Shown: positions 29,162 through 39,092, counted from the stretch's first letter. The stretch is DNA of 64,000 bases from Nitrospirota bacterium (GCA_963701855.1 CAVPBK010000006.1:384001-448000); one strand, 5' to 3'. Numbers and translations: made by a program. The notes: generated by a model from the sequence alone, not told the origin.

Positions 29162-31872
29162 ACGATAAACTAGCTTCAAGACTGCAAGCGGCACTCACCT
29201 ATGCCAGCAGGGGTTGGCTAGTCTTTCCTTTGCACAGTATACGTGAGGGCGGCTGTTCCTGTGGTCGGCCTGCCTGTGAATCTGCTGGCAAGCACCCACG
29301 CACCCTCCACGGACTCAAGGACGCGACAGTAGGTGAATCTCAGATTCGTGCCTGGTGGAGTACCTGGCCCGATGCCAACGTCGGCATTGTCACGGGTTCG
29401 CGGAGCGGGCTGGTTGTCGTGGATATTGACCCGCGCAATGGCGGAGATGACAGTCTCGCGGACCTGGAGCGAACACAGGGACCCTTCCCGAAAACGGTTG
29501 AGTCGCTCACCGGGGGCGGCGGGCAGCACTTCTACTTTCAGCACCCTGGCGGATCAATCAAATCAAAGCCACTTGCTGAGGGAATCGATATCAAAGCCGA
29601 TGGCGGGTATGTGGTGGCACCTCCCAGCATTCACCGGAGCGGGGAACCGTATCGGTGGGAGGGTGGAGGGCATCCCGAAGACGTGCCTCTTGCGGCACTC
29701 CCAGGTTGGCTATGCGCCAAGATGACTGGAGGGCTCGCGCCTCCTTCACAACCACGAGCGGCTACCTCTTCTGAAAAGATTCAGGCTGGATCCCGCAACA
29801 AGACGTTGGCGAGCTTGGCGGGGGCCATGCGTCGGCAGCATGCCGATGAAGTGACCATCCAGCAAGCACTCCGAGCCCATAACCAACAGTGTTGTGATCC
29901 TCCCCTGCCTGACGCAGAGGTGAACCAAATTGCGGGGAGCATTGCCAAATACCCAGCGGGCGTCAGGACAAATCCGAATGAGGGACAGAACGGATCGGGA
30001 GAGAGTGACAAGCCAGGGAAAATCAGCTGCGCTGATCAGTTGATGCAAGTCTGTGAACAATCCGGTGCGACACTGTTCCACGATCAGTTTCAAGAGGCCT
30101 ATGCCTGGGTGGTGCTGCAAGGCTGCCGTGAGGTCGTGAAGATCCACAGCAAGAAGTTTCGAGAGTGGATCGCCTATCAGCTCTGGCTGAAACAGGAGAA
30201 GGCTCCTGCGAGTGAAGGGCTGCAGAGTGCGATCAATGTCCTGTCGGCTCAGGCCAAATTCACCGGACCAGAGCATCGGCTCTGGAACCGCGTGGCGTGG
30301 CATGAGGGAGCCCTCTGGTATGACCTCGGAAATGCCGCCGTCAGAATGACCTCGGAGGGGTGGGAGATCATCCTGGAACCCCCGCTCTTGTTTCACCGGT
30401 ATGCACATCAACGGCCGCAAGTCAGCCCAATCCCGGGAGGCGATCTGCGGCGCCTCCTGACGTTCGTCAATATCCCTGGGAGCGACACCGGGCAGACTCC
30501 CGCACAGTTGTTGTTTCTCGTGTCGGTCGTGCTGATGGTGGTACCGACAATTCCACATCCGGTCCTCTGTGTGCATGCCGAACAAGGCAGTGGGAAAACC
30601 ACCCTCTTTAAAGTGATTCGCGAGCTGATCGATCCGAGCCTTACTCCCACGCTTGGCCCTCAGGACAGCTTGCGCGAATTTGTGCAGGTCGCATCGCATC
30701 ATTGGGCGATGTTCCTCGACAATCTCACAACGCTGCCGGATTGGTTATCCGACGCGATCTGTCGCTGTGTGACGGGCGAAGGGTTCTCCAAGCGAGAACT
30801 CTTCTCCGATGATGAAGACATCCTTTACAGCTTTCTGCGCTGTGTCGGCCTTAACGGGATCAATTTGGTGCCGTCAAAGCCTGACCTCCTCGATCGAGCT
30901 GTGATTCTCCCTCTCGAACGAATCCCCGACCGACAGCGACGCACGGAACGCGAATTCTGGGAACAGTTCCAGGCTGAGAAACCCCACCTGATCGGGGCAC
31001 TGTGTACAGTCATGAGCCAAGCGATGGCATTGTTCGATCGCGTGCAGGTATCCCACTACCCACGATTGGCGGATTTTGCCCACTGGGGAGCCGCGGTGGC
31101 CCTGGCACTTGGGACCTCGGAACAAGCGTTCTTAGCAGCGTTAACAGTTAACACGATGGCTCAGACCAACGAAGCGTTAGAAGCCAGCCCAGTGGCCCAA
31201 GCACTATTGAAAATGATGGAGGGGCGCTCGTTGTGGGTCGGGACGCCCCAGGAGTTGCTCAAGCAGCTGAACCAAATGGCGGAAGGGGCAGGGGTCGATC
31301 AGAAGAATCGTCTCTGGCCCAAAGATCCCCGCTGGCTATGGCGGCGGATCAAAGAAGTGCGGCCCAACCTGCAGGCGGCAGGTCTTCAGGCCAATCATAG
31401 GCAGATAACGGGGAAGACCACGATCGAGATCACCAGAATAACCCAGGAAAATGATGCTGGTGATCCCGATGAGGGAATTGATCTGTTCGATCGCGCTGAT
31501 CAGACGGAGAACATCCGAGACGGTGAAAGTGATGTGCCTCTGAGTGATCCTCTGGGTAACCCTGCGGAGGACCTTCAGAATTCCGACAACGGGGACATCG
31601 CCAACATTTTCCCCGCTCATTCTGGTGTGGATGCCAGTGGCTGGCCCATCGAGCTGCCGGGAGTGGGTGTAGGAGAACAAGCCGACTTCGACCAGTGCCA
31701 TGTATGCCAGCAAGGGACCTGGCAACGATATGGCGGACTCCCATTCTGTAAGCGTCATGCGCTGCAGGCACTGGCCAGCCAGGGTGGTCCAATAACGTCG
31801 TCCGCGGGTTGTGACGGGATTATTGACGGTGAAGACAGGGGAAACCACACGAAAGGAGAAAACGATTCATGA
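29158..31872 (+). CDS. Bifunctional primase-polymerase (Prim-Pol, PriCT) fused to a P-loop helicase
   Basis: GKHP, ANVGIVTG, VVDIDPRNGG, TGGGGQHFYF, GYVVAPPSIH, GSRN..L.SLAG, Walker A EQGSGKTT. Confidence 0.92.
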   Translation: MNDKLASRLQAALTYASRGWLVFPLHSIREGGCSCGRPACESAGKHPRTLHGLKDATVGESQIRAWWSTWPDANVGIVTGSRSGLVVVDIDPRNGGDDSLADLERTQGPFPKTVESLTGGGGQHFYFQHPGGSIKSKPLAEGIDIKADGGYVVAPPSIHRSGEPYRWEGGGHPEDVPLAALPGWLCAKMTGGLAPPSQPRAATSSEKIQAGSRNKTLASLAGAMRRQHADEVTIQQALRAHNQQCCDPPLPDAEVNQIAGSIAKYPAGVRTNPNEGQNGSGESDKPGKISCADQLMQVCEQSGATLFHDQFQEAYAWVVLQGCREVVKIHSKKFREWIAYQLWLKQEKAPASEGLQSAINVLSAQAKFTGPEHRLWNRVAWHEGALWYDLGNAAVRMTSEGWEIILEPPLLFHRYAHQRPQVSPIPGGDLRRLLTFVNIPGSDTGQTPAQLLFLVSVVLMVVPTIPHPVLCVHAEQGSGKTTLFKVIRELIDPSLTPTLGPQDSLREFVQVASHHWAMFLDNLTTLPDWLSDAICRCVTGEGFSKRELFSDDEDILYSFLRCVGLNGINLVPSKPDLLDRAVILPLERIPDRQRRTEREFWEQFQAEKPHLIGALCTVMSQAMALFDRVQVSHYPRLADFAHWGAAVALALGTSEQAFLAALTVNTMAQTNEALEASPVAQALLKMMEGRSLWVGTPQELLKQLNQMAEGAGVDQKNRLWPKDPRWLWRRIKEVRPNLQAAGLQANHRQITGKTTIEITRITQENDAGDPDEGIDLFDRADQTENIRDGESDVPLSDPLGNPAEDLQNSDNGDIANIFPAHSGVDASGWPIELPGVGVGEQADFDQCHVCQQGTWQRYGGLPFCKRHALQALASQGGPITSSAGCDGIIDGEDRGNHTKGENDS

Positions 31873-32348
31873 ACGAACCAAAAGACCACCAACCTCAGAC
31901 AGCTCCCACACCGCCCTTTCCGTGGACGCATGTCCTGATCACGGCCCTAGCGGTGCTCGCAGTGGTGGGCCTGATCATCCTCATCCGAAAGGGAGGAGGC
32001 GTGGCCCTCGCCACTGCACCCGCAGTCGCGTTGGGAGTGGTTCGAGCCCACCGCAAAAAGGAGGGTGCTGGAGTTCAACATAAAGAGCCGATCGACATGG
32101 ATTTTTTGAAGGCCCAGCTGCGACAGGGCGCGAGCGAGAAGGTAATGGCCACCCCCACCGAACTGAAAATTGTCCTGAACGGATTCTTCGAAAAGCACAA
32201 TCTGTCTCCGCCGTTCGAATCGGAGCAGCAGATGGCGAAAATTCTCGCCCCGCTGGGCCTGCAGTCGAAGGTCCGATCGATGCCAGGGCGATCAGAGCGC
32301 CGGTGGTATGACCTGGCTGAAATGGGGGCCCATGAAACTCCAGCGTAG
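31869..32348 (+). CDS. Hypothetical membrane-anchored protein
   Basis: Hydrophobic N-terminal segments; ATGA coupling to primase. Confidence 0.65.
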   Translation: MNEPKDHQPQTAPTPPFPWTHVLITALAVLAVVGLIILIRKGGGVALATAPAVALGVVRAHRKKEGAGVQHKEPIDMDFLKAQLRQGASEKVMATPTELKIVLNGFFEKHNLSPPFESEQQMAKILAPLGLQSKVRSMPGRSERRWYDLAEMGAHETPA

Positions 32349-33144
32349 TGAGCGTCAACAAGAACACGACGCTCGACAGCGGCTAATACGAGAAGCCCTT
32401 GGTTTCGTGCGATCGGGTCAGTCTGTTGCAGAGGTGGCGCAGAAGACAGGTCTGCATCGCTTGGCCATTGAGCGAGGACTACGAGAAGGCTTCGATCGGC
32501 AACATGTGATCCGCCAGCATCTCCAATCACGCGCCGGACTGACCTCACTCTTGCGCTATCCCGATCGGGGGCCCTGGGGACAAAGCGGGTACCTGGGCAA
32601 TTGCCCTGGTTTTCTGATCGTGGATCTCCTCGACTACCTCAACCCAGCCTCGGTGTTCGATCCCATGGAAGGGTCTGGCACAACCGGCCAGGTCTGCGCG
32701 GATCTGAACGTGACCTATGAGGGCCGCGACTTGCGAGCGGGATTTGATCTACTGTCAGGACCACTCCCCGATCGATTGTTCGATATGGTGTTCTGGCATC
32801 CGCCTTATTGGCCTGGATTTCGCTATAGCGAACACCCGAACGACTTGTCGACCGCCCGGACGATTACAGACTACCTCGATCGCTTCCAGGCAGGCTTCCA
32901 GCGACTAGCGGGACTGCTCACGCCGACCGGGAGGCTGGTGATCCTGATCGGCGATGGACGGAAGAGCGGGATCTTTTACTCGATTCATAGTGAAGTGATT
33001 CGATGGGAAGTGCTCCCCCTGGAAGCCATTCTGATCAAAGAAGGTGATCACGCCCGCCGTGCCCGACACTTTCGCTATGGTCCAACCCGCTTTATCCCCA
33101 CCCTGCATGAATATGTACTGATATTCAAACGAGGTGCCCCATGA
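32332..33144 (+). CDS. Orphan amino-DNA methyltransferase with N-terminal HTH
   Basis: FDPMEGSGTT (SAM motif), FWHPPY (motif IV variant), SVAEVAQKTG HTH. Confidence 0.85.
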   Translation: MKLQRSERQQEHDARQRLIREALGFVRSGQSVAEVAQKTGLHRLAIERGLREGFDRQHVIRQHLQSRAGLTSLLRYPDRGPWGQSGYLGNCPGFLIVDLLDYLNPASVFDPMEGSGTTGQVCADLNVTYEGRDLRAGFDLLSGPLPDRLFDMVFWHPPYWPGFRYSEHPNDLSTARTITDYLDRFQAGFQRLAGLLTPTGRLVILIGDGRKSGIFYSIHSEVIRWEVLPLEAILIKEGDHARRARHFRYGPTRFIPTLHEYVLIFKRGAP

Positions 33145-33239
33145 ACATAGCCCTCTATGCCCGTGTGAGTACTGATGGGCAAGATCCTGAATCAACAATT
33201 CGACGCCGGTTGAAAGAGGCTCAGCATGACGCAGCCTAG
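33141..33239 (+). pseudogene. Internally deleted serine recombinase (resolvase)
   Basis: Translates to MNIALYARVSTDGQDPE-STIRRRLKEAQHDAA*. Confidence 0.8.
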
Positions 33240-33426
33240 TGTGATCGAACCGCGCTTACTGTCTCAACAAGAGGCCGCCCACTACCTCGGGATTTCGTAT
33301 TGGACCGTTCGAGACCTGGTGTTCCGACGAGAAATCCCGTTCATCAAAATTGGACGCCGAATCCTGGTAGACCGTCTAGACCTCGACGCCTACCTTGACC
33401 GGTCAAAAATCCACCCAGGCGCTTGA
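33226..33426 (+). CDS. Excisionase-like HTH protein
   Basis: LLSQQEAAHYLGIS..TV..L...EIPFIKIGRR. Confidence 0.9.
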   Translation: MTQPSVIEPRLLSQQEAAHYLGISYWTVRDLVFRREIPFIKIGRRILVDRLDLDAYLDRSKIHPGA

Positions 33427-33468
33427 CTATTGGACCCCTGCGGAGCGATCGATCAGGGGAGGTAGGGT

Positions 33469-34518
33469 ATGGGACGAATCTATCAACGCGGGAACATGTG
33501 GTGGATTCAGTACTACGGACAGGGCCAACTGTTCCGCGAGAGTTCCCACTCTAACCTTAAGTCCGCAGCAACTTCGCTCCTGAAACTGAGAGAGGGAGAG
33601 ATCGGACAGGGCCGAATCCCGGCACTAAGGGCTGAACGGACGACCTTTGAAGAATTGGCTGGACTGTTTCTCCAGGATTATCAAATTAATGGGCGGAAAA
33701 CCCTTCGGCGTGCCAAAGAATTGGCCGCTCGCTTGCGCGAAACGTTTGGCAAATTCAGGGCCTGCCGAATCACTTCTAAACATATTCTCGACTATATCGC
33801 CCGCCGCCAGTCGGAGGGTCTAACCAACGGCACGATCAACAGGGAACTCGCGGCCCTCAAGCGGATGTATCGGCTTGCCAGCCAACAAACCCCTCCGTTA
33901 GTGGCCACCACGCCTCATATACCCCATCTACAGGAAAACAATGTGCGCCAAGGATTCTTTACAGAGGACGAGTACAAAGTCCTGCGAGGTGCCCTTCCTG
34001 ATCACATGAAGGTTCCGCTGATCATCGCCTACTGGACTGGGATGCGGGCGGGTGAAATCCTCAAGTTGAATTGGGATCAACTAGACCTGGAACGGGGTCT
34101 GCTTCGGTTGGAACCAGGGACGACAAAAAACAATCAAGGCAGGTTTGTTCCCCTGGTCAAAGAAGTAATCGAGGCATTATGGCAATGGAAGCGGGCAATG
34201 TTGCAGCGGTACCCCACTTGTGTCTGGGTGTGTTATCACCGGGGAGAACGTCTTCGACAAATTCCTAGGAAGCGATGGAGGAAATCCTGCGAACGTGTCG
34301 GGCTCAAAGGGAAGCTGTTTCACGACCTGCGCAGGACAGCGGTGCGAAATATGTTGCGGGCAGGCATTCCTGAGCGCGTCGCCATGGAAATTTCTGGGCA
34401 CCGAACCCGATCTGTGTTTGACCGGTACAATGTTGTTTCTGGTTCGGATTTGTTAGAGGCACGCACTAAGCTTGAAACAGATCAATCCGTGCCTACTTCA
34501 GGGCCTGTTCTTTTGTGA
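33469..34518 (+). CDS. Tyrosine recombinase/integrase (intact)
   Basis: TINRELAALK, TGMRAGE, TKN, FHDLRR, SGH, DRY. Confidence 0.95.
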   Translation: MGRIYQRGNMWWIQYYGQGQLFRESSHSNLKSAATSLLKLREGEIGQGRIPALRAERTTFEELAGLFLQDYQINGRKTLRRAKELAARLRETFGKFRACRITSKHILDYIARRQSEGLTNGTINRELAALKRMYRLASQQTPPLVATTPHIPHLQENNVRQGFFTEDEYKVLRGALPDHMKVPLIIAYWTGMRAGEILKLNWDQLDLERGLLRLEPGTTKNNQGRFVPLVKEVIEALWQWKRAMLQRYPTCVWVCYHRGERLRQIPRKRWRKSCERVGLKGKLFHDLRRTAVRNMLRAGIPERVAMEISGHRTRSVFDRYNVVSGSDLLEARTKLETDQSVPTSGPVLL

Positions 34519-34710
34519 TGTATAGAGTAGATCCTTCAGTTCAACCTTAAGTTCTCTGGTCTTACGTAAAACCGATGCAACGTCACTTTTGCTGCACCAT
34601 TTCTCGGAAACCTTCGAATTTATTTTGTCTTCAACTGAAGAGGCGTCTTTAATCCATCTATTAACAATTTTATTCCATCCTGCTATCCATTTTGTGTCCG
34701 GTTTCGCCAT
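34498..34710 (-). CDS. Small hypothetical protein
   Basis: GAGGAGG RBS, 70 aa. Confidence 0.55.
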   Translation of the reverse strand: MAKPDTKWIAGWNKIVNRWIKDASSVEDKINSKVSEKWCSKSDVASVLRKTRELKVELKDLLYTSQKNRP

Positions 34711-34767
34711 TTGCCGTGCCTCCTCATGAATTAGTAGTTAGGTGCTAAAATTCTTCAGCTCTGACCC

Positions 34768-34977
34768 TCACCCTGTTTGTCCCAACTTCAAAGACAGTAT
34801 CTCCTTTTTTGAATTGTTCGAGTTCCAATCCTCTAACCAAATAAGACCTGGGTTCTTGCATCCTTTTCGGCCACAGACCACCCCTGTTGCTGGGTAGCCG
34901 AATGGTTTGATGGAATGTACGTAATGCCGTTTGATTTCTTTAGGCGGGCTATGCTCGCTACATCTTACAATTACCAT
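34768..34977 (-). CDS. Small Cys-containing hypothetical protein
   Basis: CSEH...CGRKGC; purine-rich RBS. Confidence 0.45.
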   Translation of the reverse strand: MVIVRCSEHSPPKEIKRHYVHSIKPFGYPATGVVCGRKGCKNPGLIWLEDWNSNNSKKEILSLKLGQTG

Positions 34978-35072
34978 TCAGCTATCTCTTCTCCCTTTAG
35001 AAAGATGAGCACAATCCCGAGCACAGTGAGGGGGAAGATGGATAGCCATGAAGAGCTAACCTGTTGGGAAAA

Positions 35073-35117
35073 TGGAGCCGGCGATCCGGATTGAACGGAC
35101 GACCTGCGGTTTACGAA
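35073..35117 (-). repeat. att site: 45-bp copy of the 3' half of tRNA-Thr(CGT), junction between islands
   Basis: Identical to 49787-49831. Confidence 0.95.
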
Positions 35118-35553
35118 TGGAAGCAAGACGATTTTGAAAAGGCTCGGTGTTTCAAATCGTTTCCCCGTTTTTCTCTTTATATCGAGCTCTTAGGTGGTTT
35201 TCATTGCCTCCACTGATTCCGATGGGTCTTGGCCTTTAGGGAATTTTATAGCACAAATCTAGCACAAGCTCCGCCTGGTGCTTCGACTTTGATCGTGCAC
35301 CTCGACCAGAACACATCTGAGCACTAGCGTTGCAGGGTTTGGAGAGCATGCGAGAAAGAGGCCTGCTGATTATGGTTTAAGGATCGGCTCGTTGACGGCC
35401 TGCGGGAGCCACCCGATGGCCGCGGCCCGGACAGCTTCATACGCATGTTAGGTCGCTCGCTTGGGCGAGTCAGATTCCTAAGTTTCTCATCTCGGAAGCG
35501 TAGGAGAAATTAATTCTGACCCCTCGTGTGGGCGCTTCCGTTTTCGCGAGGCG

Positions 35554-35931
35554 TCATTGCTGCGCAAGAGACATTAGTCTTTGAATTGTCGACACAGTTG
35601 AGGGGGCATTAAAGATTTTACCGAGCGATGCGGTCAGCTCGTTTTCGTCATTAGCTACTATGTCTTTCATCTTGTCGGCGACGACTCTGACGGGGTAGCC
35701 AGATTCAACTAGAAATTCGGCTCGCATGAAAGGAAAGTGATAGGACAACTTTCGAGAATAGAGGCTAAATTGAACCTTGACTTCATTTTCCTGGATCGAG
35801 GTACTCATCGTCCAAAACTTGACCATGCCATCGGTTTTTTCCTCGAGACCCCGACCAGCTTCTTCAATTACGGCTTTCGGGGAGCGAGGCACTTGCCCGA
35901 TGTTAAAATCTGGCCAAAGATTTTCAGACAT
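35554..35931 (-). CDS. Hypothetical 125-aa protein coupled to the EEP gene
   Basis: MSENLWPDF...; AAGGAG RBS; 8-nt overlap with the upstream gene. Confidence 0.8.
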   Translation of the reverse strand: MSENLWPDFNIGQVPRSPKAVIEEAGRGLEEKTDGMVKFWTMSTSIQENEVKVQFSLYSRKLSYHFPFMRAEFLVESGYPVRVVADKMKDIVANDENELTASLGKIFNAPSTVSTIQRLMSLAQQ

Positions 35932-36796
35932 GTTTGACTCCTTTATCGTTATTAGCAAACAGATCCATCCCAAACACTACTGGCAAATGGTCTGAAAATC
36001 GTGTGCGATCTGGGGTGCCTCTTGCGCCGGTTAGATCGCTGTTTCGTACTACGGTCACAATATCCAGGGCACTAAAGTCGAACCTGTCCAGCAATGACGG
36101 ACGGATCAGTACCTGATCCAACATATGCCAATACAACTCGTGAGGATCAGACCCTCGGTAGTAGTAAGTTGCCGGCGCAGAATTGAGAGGTTCATCGCCA
36201 TACAAGTTCCACATCGGGTTGTAAAAGTAGGGGTAGCTCTGCTTGAGCAGACGACGCGGAATACTTTGAGCAATGGCTCGGGAGATCACTGCGTTCATGC
36301 CAAGAGCACTTGCCACAGGCGATTCGAAAGGATTCGCATTGAAGTCGCCGAGCACGATACTGCGATCGTGCCCGACCTTGTTCTCGAAGTGTGAGAGCGC
36401 AGCCACGACCTGCTGTAAAAAGAGTTCCTGTTTTGCTGATGAATTGTTTCGCTTGTCAAGACCGTGAACCACACTTAGGAGGACATCCTCTTGAAGAGGC
36501 AGTTTGAGGTGCCAGATGTCGAACCGGTCACTAGGGACAGGCAGTGGTAAACGCTGCATGAGCTTTGGATCAAATCTCGCAAGGACCTTGAATCGCTCTC
36601 CGCAGGAGATCGGATAGTACTCCGGCCCTCTTTCGAACGCTGCGATCAGGGAGTCGCAAGGTATTCCGCACTCAATCAAAAAGAGCACGTCCAGCGATCG
36701 CTCAATAGCCAGTTCCGCTGCAAATCGGGGAAGCTCTCGTTCATCCGTCTGCTGATTGCGAAGCGAATCAACGTTCCAAAACCCGAAGGTAGCCAT
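35924..36796 (-). CDS. Endonuclease/exonuclease/phosphatase (EEP) family protein
   Basis: FWNV, LFLIE, GDFNANP, ATYYY, LDQVLI, SDHLP. Confidence 0.9.
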   Translation of the reverse strand: MATFGFWNVDSLRNQQTDERELPRFAAELAIERSLDVLFLIECGIPCDSLIAAFERGPEYYPISCGERFKVLARFDPKLMQRLPLPVPSDRFDIWHLKLPLQEDVLLSVVHGLDKRNNSSAKQELFLQQVVAALSHFENKVGHDRSIVLGDFNANPFESPVASALGMNAVISRAIAQSIPRRLLKQSYPYFYNPMWNLYGDEPLNSAPATYYYRGSDPHELYWHMLDQVLIRPSLLDRFDFSALDIVTVVRNSDLTGARGTPDRTRFSDHLPVVFGMDLFANNDKGVKHV

Positions 36797-37126
36797 CCGT
36801 ACGTCTCATCGGTAGTTCAAACTGCGCTAGATATGAGGAAATTAATATCCTCGGGCCAGCTAGACTTCTTAGATCCCTAACCATGGAGTGCGCGGACCGC
36901 GCATGGCACACCAAGACAAACTGCAAACTGGTGCGTGATTGTCGCGTTCCTTCAACTACTTGTCAACGTATGCTAGCGCGCAGGGTCTCCGTACTATACG
37001 GACCGGCATAGCGCCATTAAAGCTGCGAGGAGTTGAAACCGTGGATCAGCGCATCTTCGGGGAGCTCGACAGCGTTATTGTTGTGGGTCCATGCGTGTCG
37101 AGATCCCTCTTCTCGGTCACCGAAGC

Positions 37127-38881
37127 TTACTTGACCGACTGAACCAGCGCCGGCAGTTTCACCACCACGGTTTGCAATCTGCTATAGGCCGCCACCAGGG
37201 TGTTTCGACGCACGGTCACATAGGTTTGCCCCAGAGGGGATTCAAGAAATTCAATGTACCGCTGCAAGTCTTGATCGCTCGCAGCGCGATAGATGAAGGC
37301 CTGTTTCCGAAAGAGTTGCGCCCTGAGGAACTGTTCGATCATGGGGGAAAGCTTAGAATCGGATCGCGGAGCCTGCTCTTTCCCTGTGAAGATCGGTGCA
37401 AGAAACTTGGTCCTCTCGGTGGTATCTTCAATTGCCAACTCGGACGTGTGCGTGGCCTTGTCGAGGCGCGGAATCAAGTCGAGTAGAAGTCCCTGTTTAG
37501 GTACTTGATACGTATTGAAGCCACTATAGTCGAAGGGTTGTGCCGCCAAGGTAAGCATACGTTGGGCGAGTGGAGTCCGAAGCCATTCCAGGAGATGTTC
37601 GAGCGTCTCGGGCCGCTGTGTGCGCAGATAATCTTGCATCAGCGGCACCGTTGATTCGGGACTAAGCGCCTCTTCCATCTCCCGATTCAACGCAAGGGCT
37701 TTTGTATCCGCTTCAGATCCCGTGGGAGTGGTCTTGGTGGCCTGCTGTTTAGTCATCTGCTCCGAGGATTGCGACACTTCTTGACGGAGATAGGATCGTT
37801 CCAGGAATTCGTCGATTAGCGATTTTTGAGATGGCGTCTCACTGGTGACTGCAACCACTAGATCCCGGTTCATGATTTGATTAAAGCGCTTTAGTGTAGC
37901 GGATCGAGTCGAGTCCCATTCCCCTTGTGGCATTACAGTCCCGGCTGGCTGATCATAGATCCCAGTCTCTCGACAAGCCCACCCTGGGTAAGGCGTCTTG
38001 GATTTGCGACCGTAGATTCCAGCATAGAAGGCTAGGCCTTTGTGCACCGCACTCGTAAAGCTGTGACCAAAATCGGCCGAACTCTTCCAGTTCGTTCGAA
38101 GAGGCCACGCTTTCATATATTGTTGCAGCATCGAGACCCGAAGCCGATTAACTGCCGGCTCAGTACACAAACACCCGTCGAGCACCGTCCCGACATAGGC
38201 AATCCCAAAGACTTGCATCGATTTTTCTGGATCTTTCGATTGAAATGCGAGTTCATAGATCAACGGCACATGGGCTTCCTTCATTTTCTCTCCCCACCAC
38301 GGTTGAAGCCATGCCACGGTTTGGGCATCATGAGGGGTATGCAAAAAGGCGATGACGGTATCATACCGTTGAGAAGCGACTAATGAATCGAGGTCTGCAC
38401 GAGTGAGCACTTCCTGGCCTGGTTTTGCGTTTGCGGTTAGACTTTTACCCTTGAGTTCCTGATAGGCTGCTTTTTCGTATTCTGTCAGATGGCGCTGTTC
38501 TTTCATCAGCAGCGAATCCATCAGGAAACCCATCTTCACGAACTCGTACACCATATCTTTGTTCACATAGAATAATCGAATGCCTTCCTTCTTGTCCTGC
38601 GTATCAAACTCATAGATCAATTCCGGTATTCCATAGAAAGCCACGAATTGCTTTAGCATAGGGTAGACACCCTGATTGTAGTCTAAGCGTTTGTAACCAA
38701 AACTCTCGTTCGTCTGGTCGACCGACAAGAATCGGCCCACCGCCTCATGACGAGTGGCGCCATACATCCAGGCAGAGCAGCTTGCCAGTATGGGAATGAG
38801 GCAACTCAATGTAGCAATCAACACTGTTCTATTCTTCAACGTGAATCGTATTCCTAGATTGATCCGAGTTATGCACTGCAT
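37127..38881 (-). CDS. Hypothetical lipoprotein (C-terminus DUF2059-like)
   Basis: Lipobox LAS-C; DLQRYIEFLESPLGQ. Confidence 0.7.
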   Translation of the reverse strand: MQCITRINLGIRFTLKNRTVLIATLSCLIPILASCSAWMYGATRHEAVGRFLSVDQTNESFGYKRLDYNQGVYPMLKQFVAFYGIPELIYEFDTQDKKEGIRLFYVNKDMVYEFVKMGFLMDSLLMKEQRHLTEYEKAAYQELKGKSLTANAKPGQEVLTRADLDSLVASQRYDTVIAFLHTPHDAQTVAWLQPWWGEKMKEAHVPLIYELAFQSKDPEKSMQVFGIAYVGTVLDGCLCTEPAVNRLRVSMLQQYMKAWPLRTNWKSSADFGHSFTSAVHKGLAFYAGIYGRKSKTPYPGWACRETGIYDQPAGTVMPQGEWDSTRSATLKRFNQIMNRDLVVAVTSETPSQKSLIDEFLERSYLRQEVSQSSEQMTKQQATKTTPTGSEADTKALALNREMEEALSPESTVPLMQDYLRTQRPETLEHLLEWLRTPLAQRMLTLAAQPFDYSGFNTYQVPKQGLLLDLIPRLDKATHTSELAIEDTTERTKFLAPIFTGKEQAPRSDSKLSPMIEQFLRAQLFRKQAFIYRAASDQDLQRYIEFLESPLGQTYVTVRRNTLVAAYSRLQTVVVKLPALVQSVK

Positions 38882-39092
38882 AATTATGTTCCTCTGTAGT
38901 GTCAGAAAACGCCTGCTCTGGACGTGATTAGAACCTCTAGAGGTTATGGCAAAGGTTGCTTTGGAAAGTATAGCAGGCGAAACTTTGGAGGCTTTTAAGC
39001 CAGGAGAAGGTCCGCGATTTATGCTTTCACCGTTGCTCCCGTAACCGGCTCCGACCTGTTTAATAGGCGGGGCAGGTCAGTTTCCTGTTCAG

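Larger units (their letters stand above)
24011..35117. mobile_element. Island B: ~11 kb integrative satellite-like element (Prim-Pol/helicase, MTase, Xis, Int)
   Basis: Bounded by tRNA-Thr att repeats; tyrosine integrase near the right end; no virion or conjugation genes seen. Confidence 0.9.

Noticed and set aside
31440..31620. Possible iteron origin within the primase 3' end
   Set aside because: Only weak periodicity, explainable by acidic low-complexity coding
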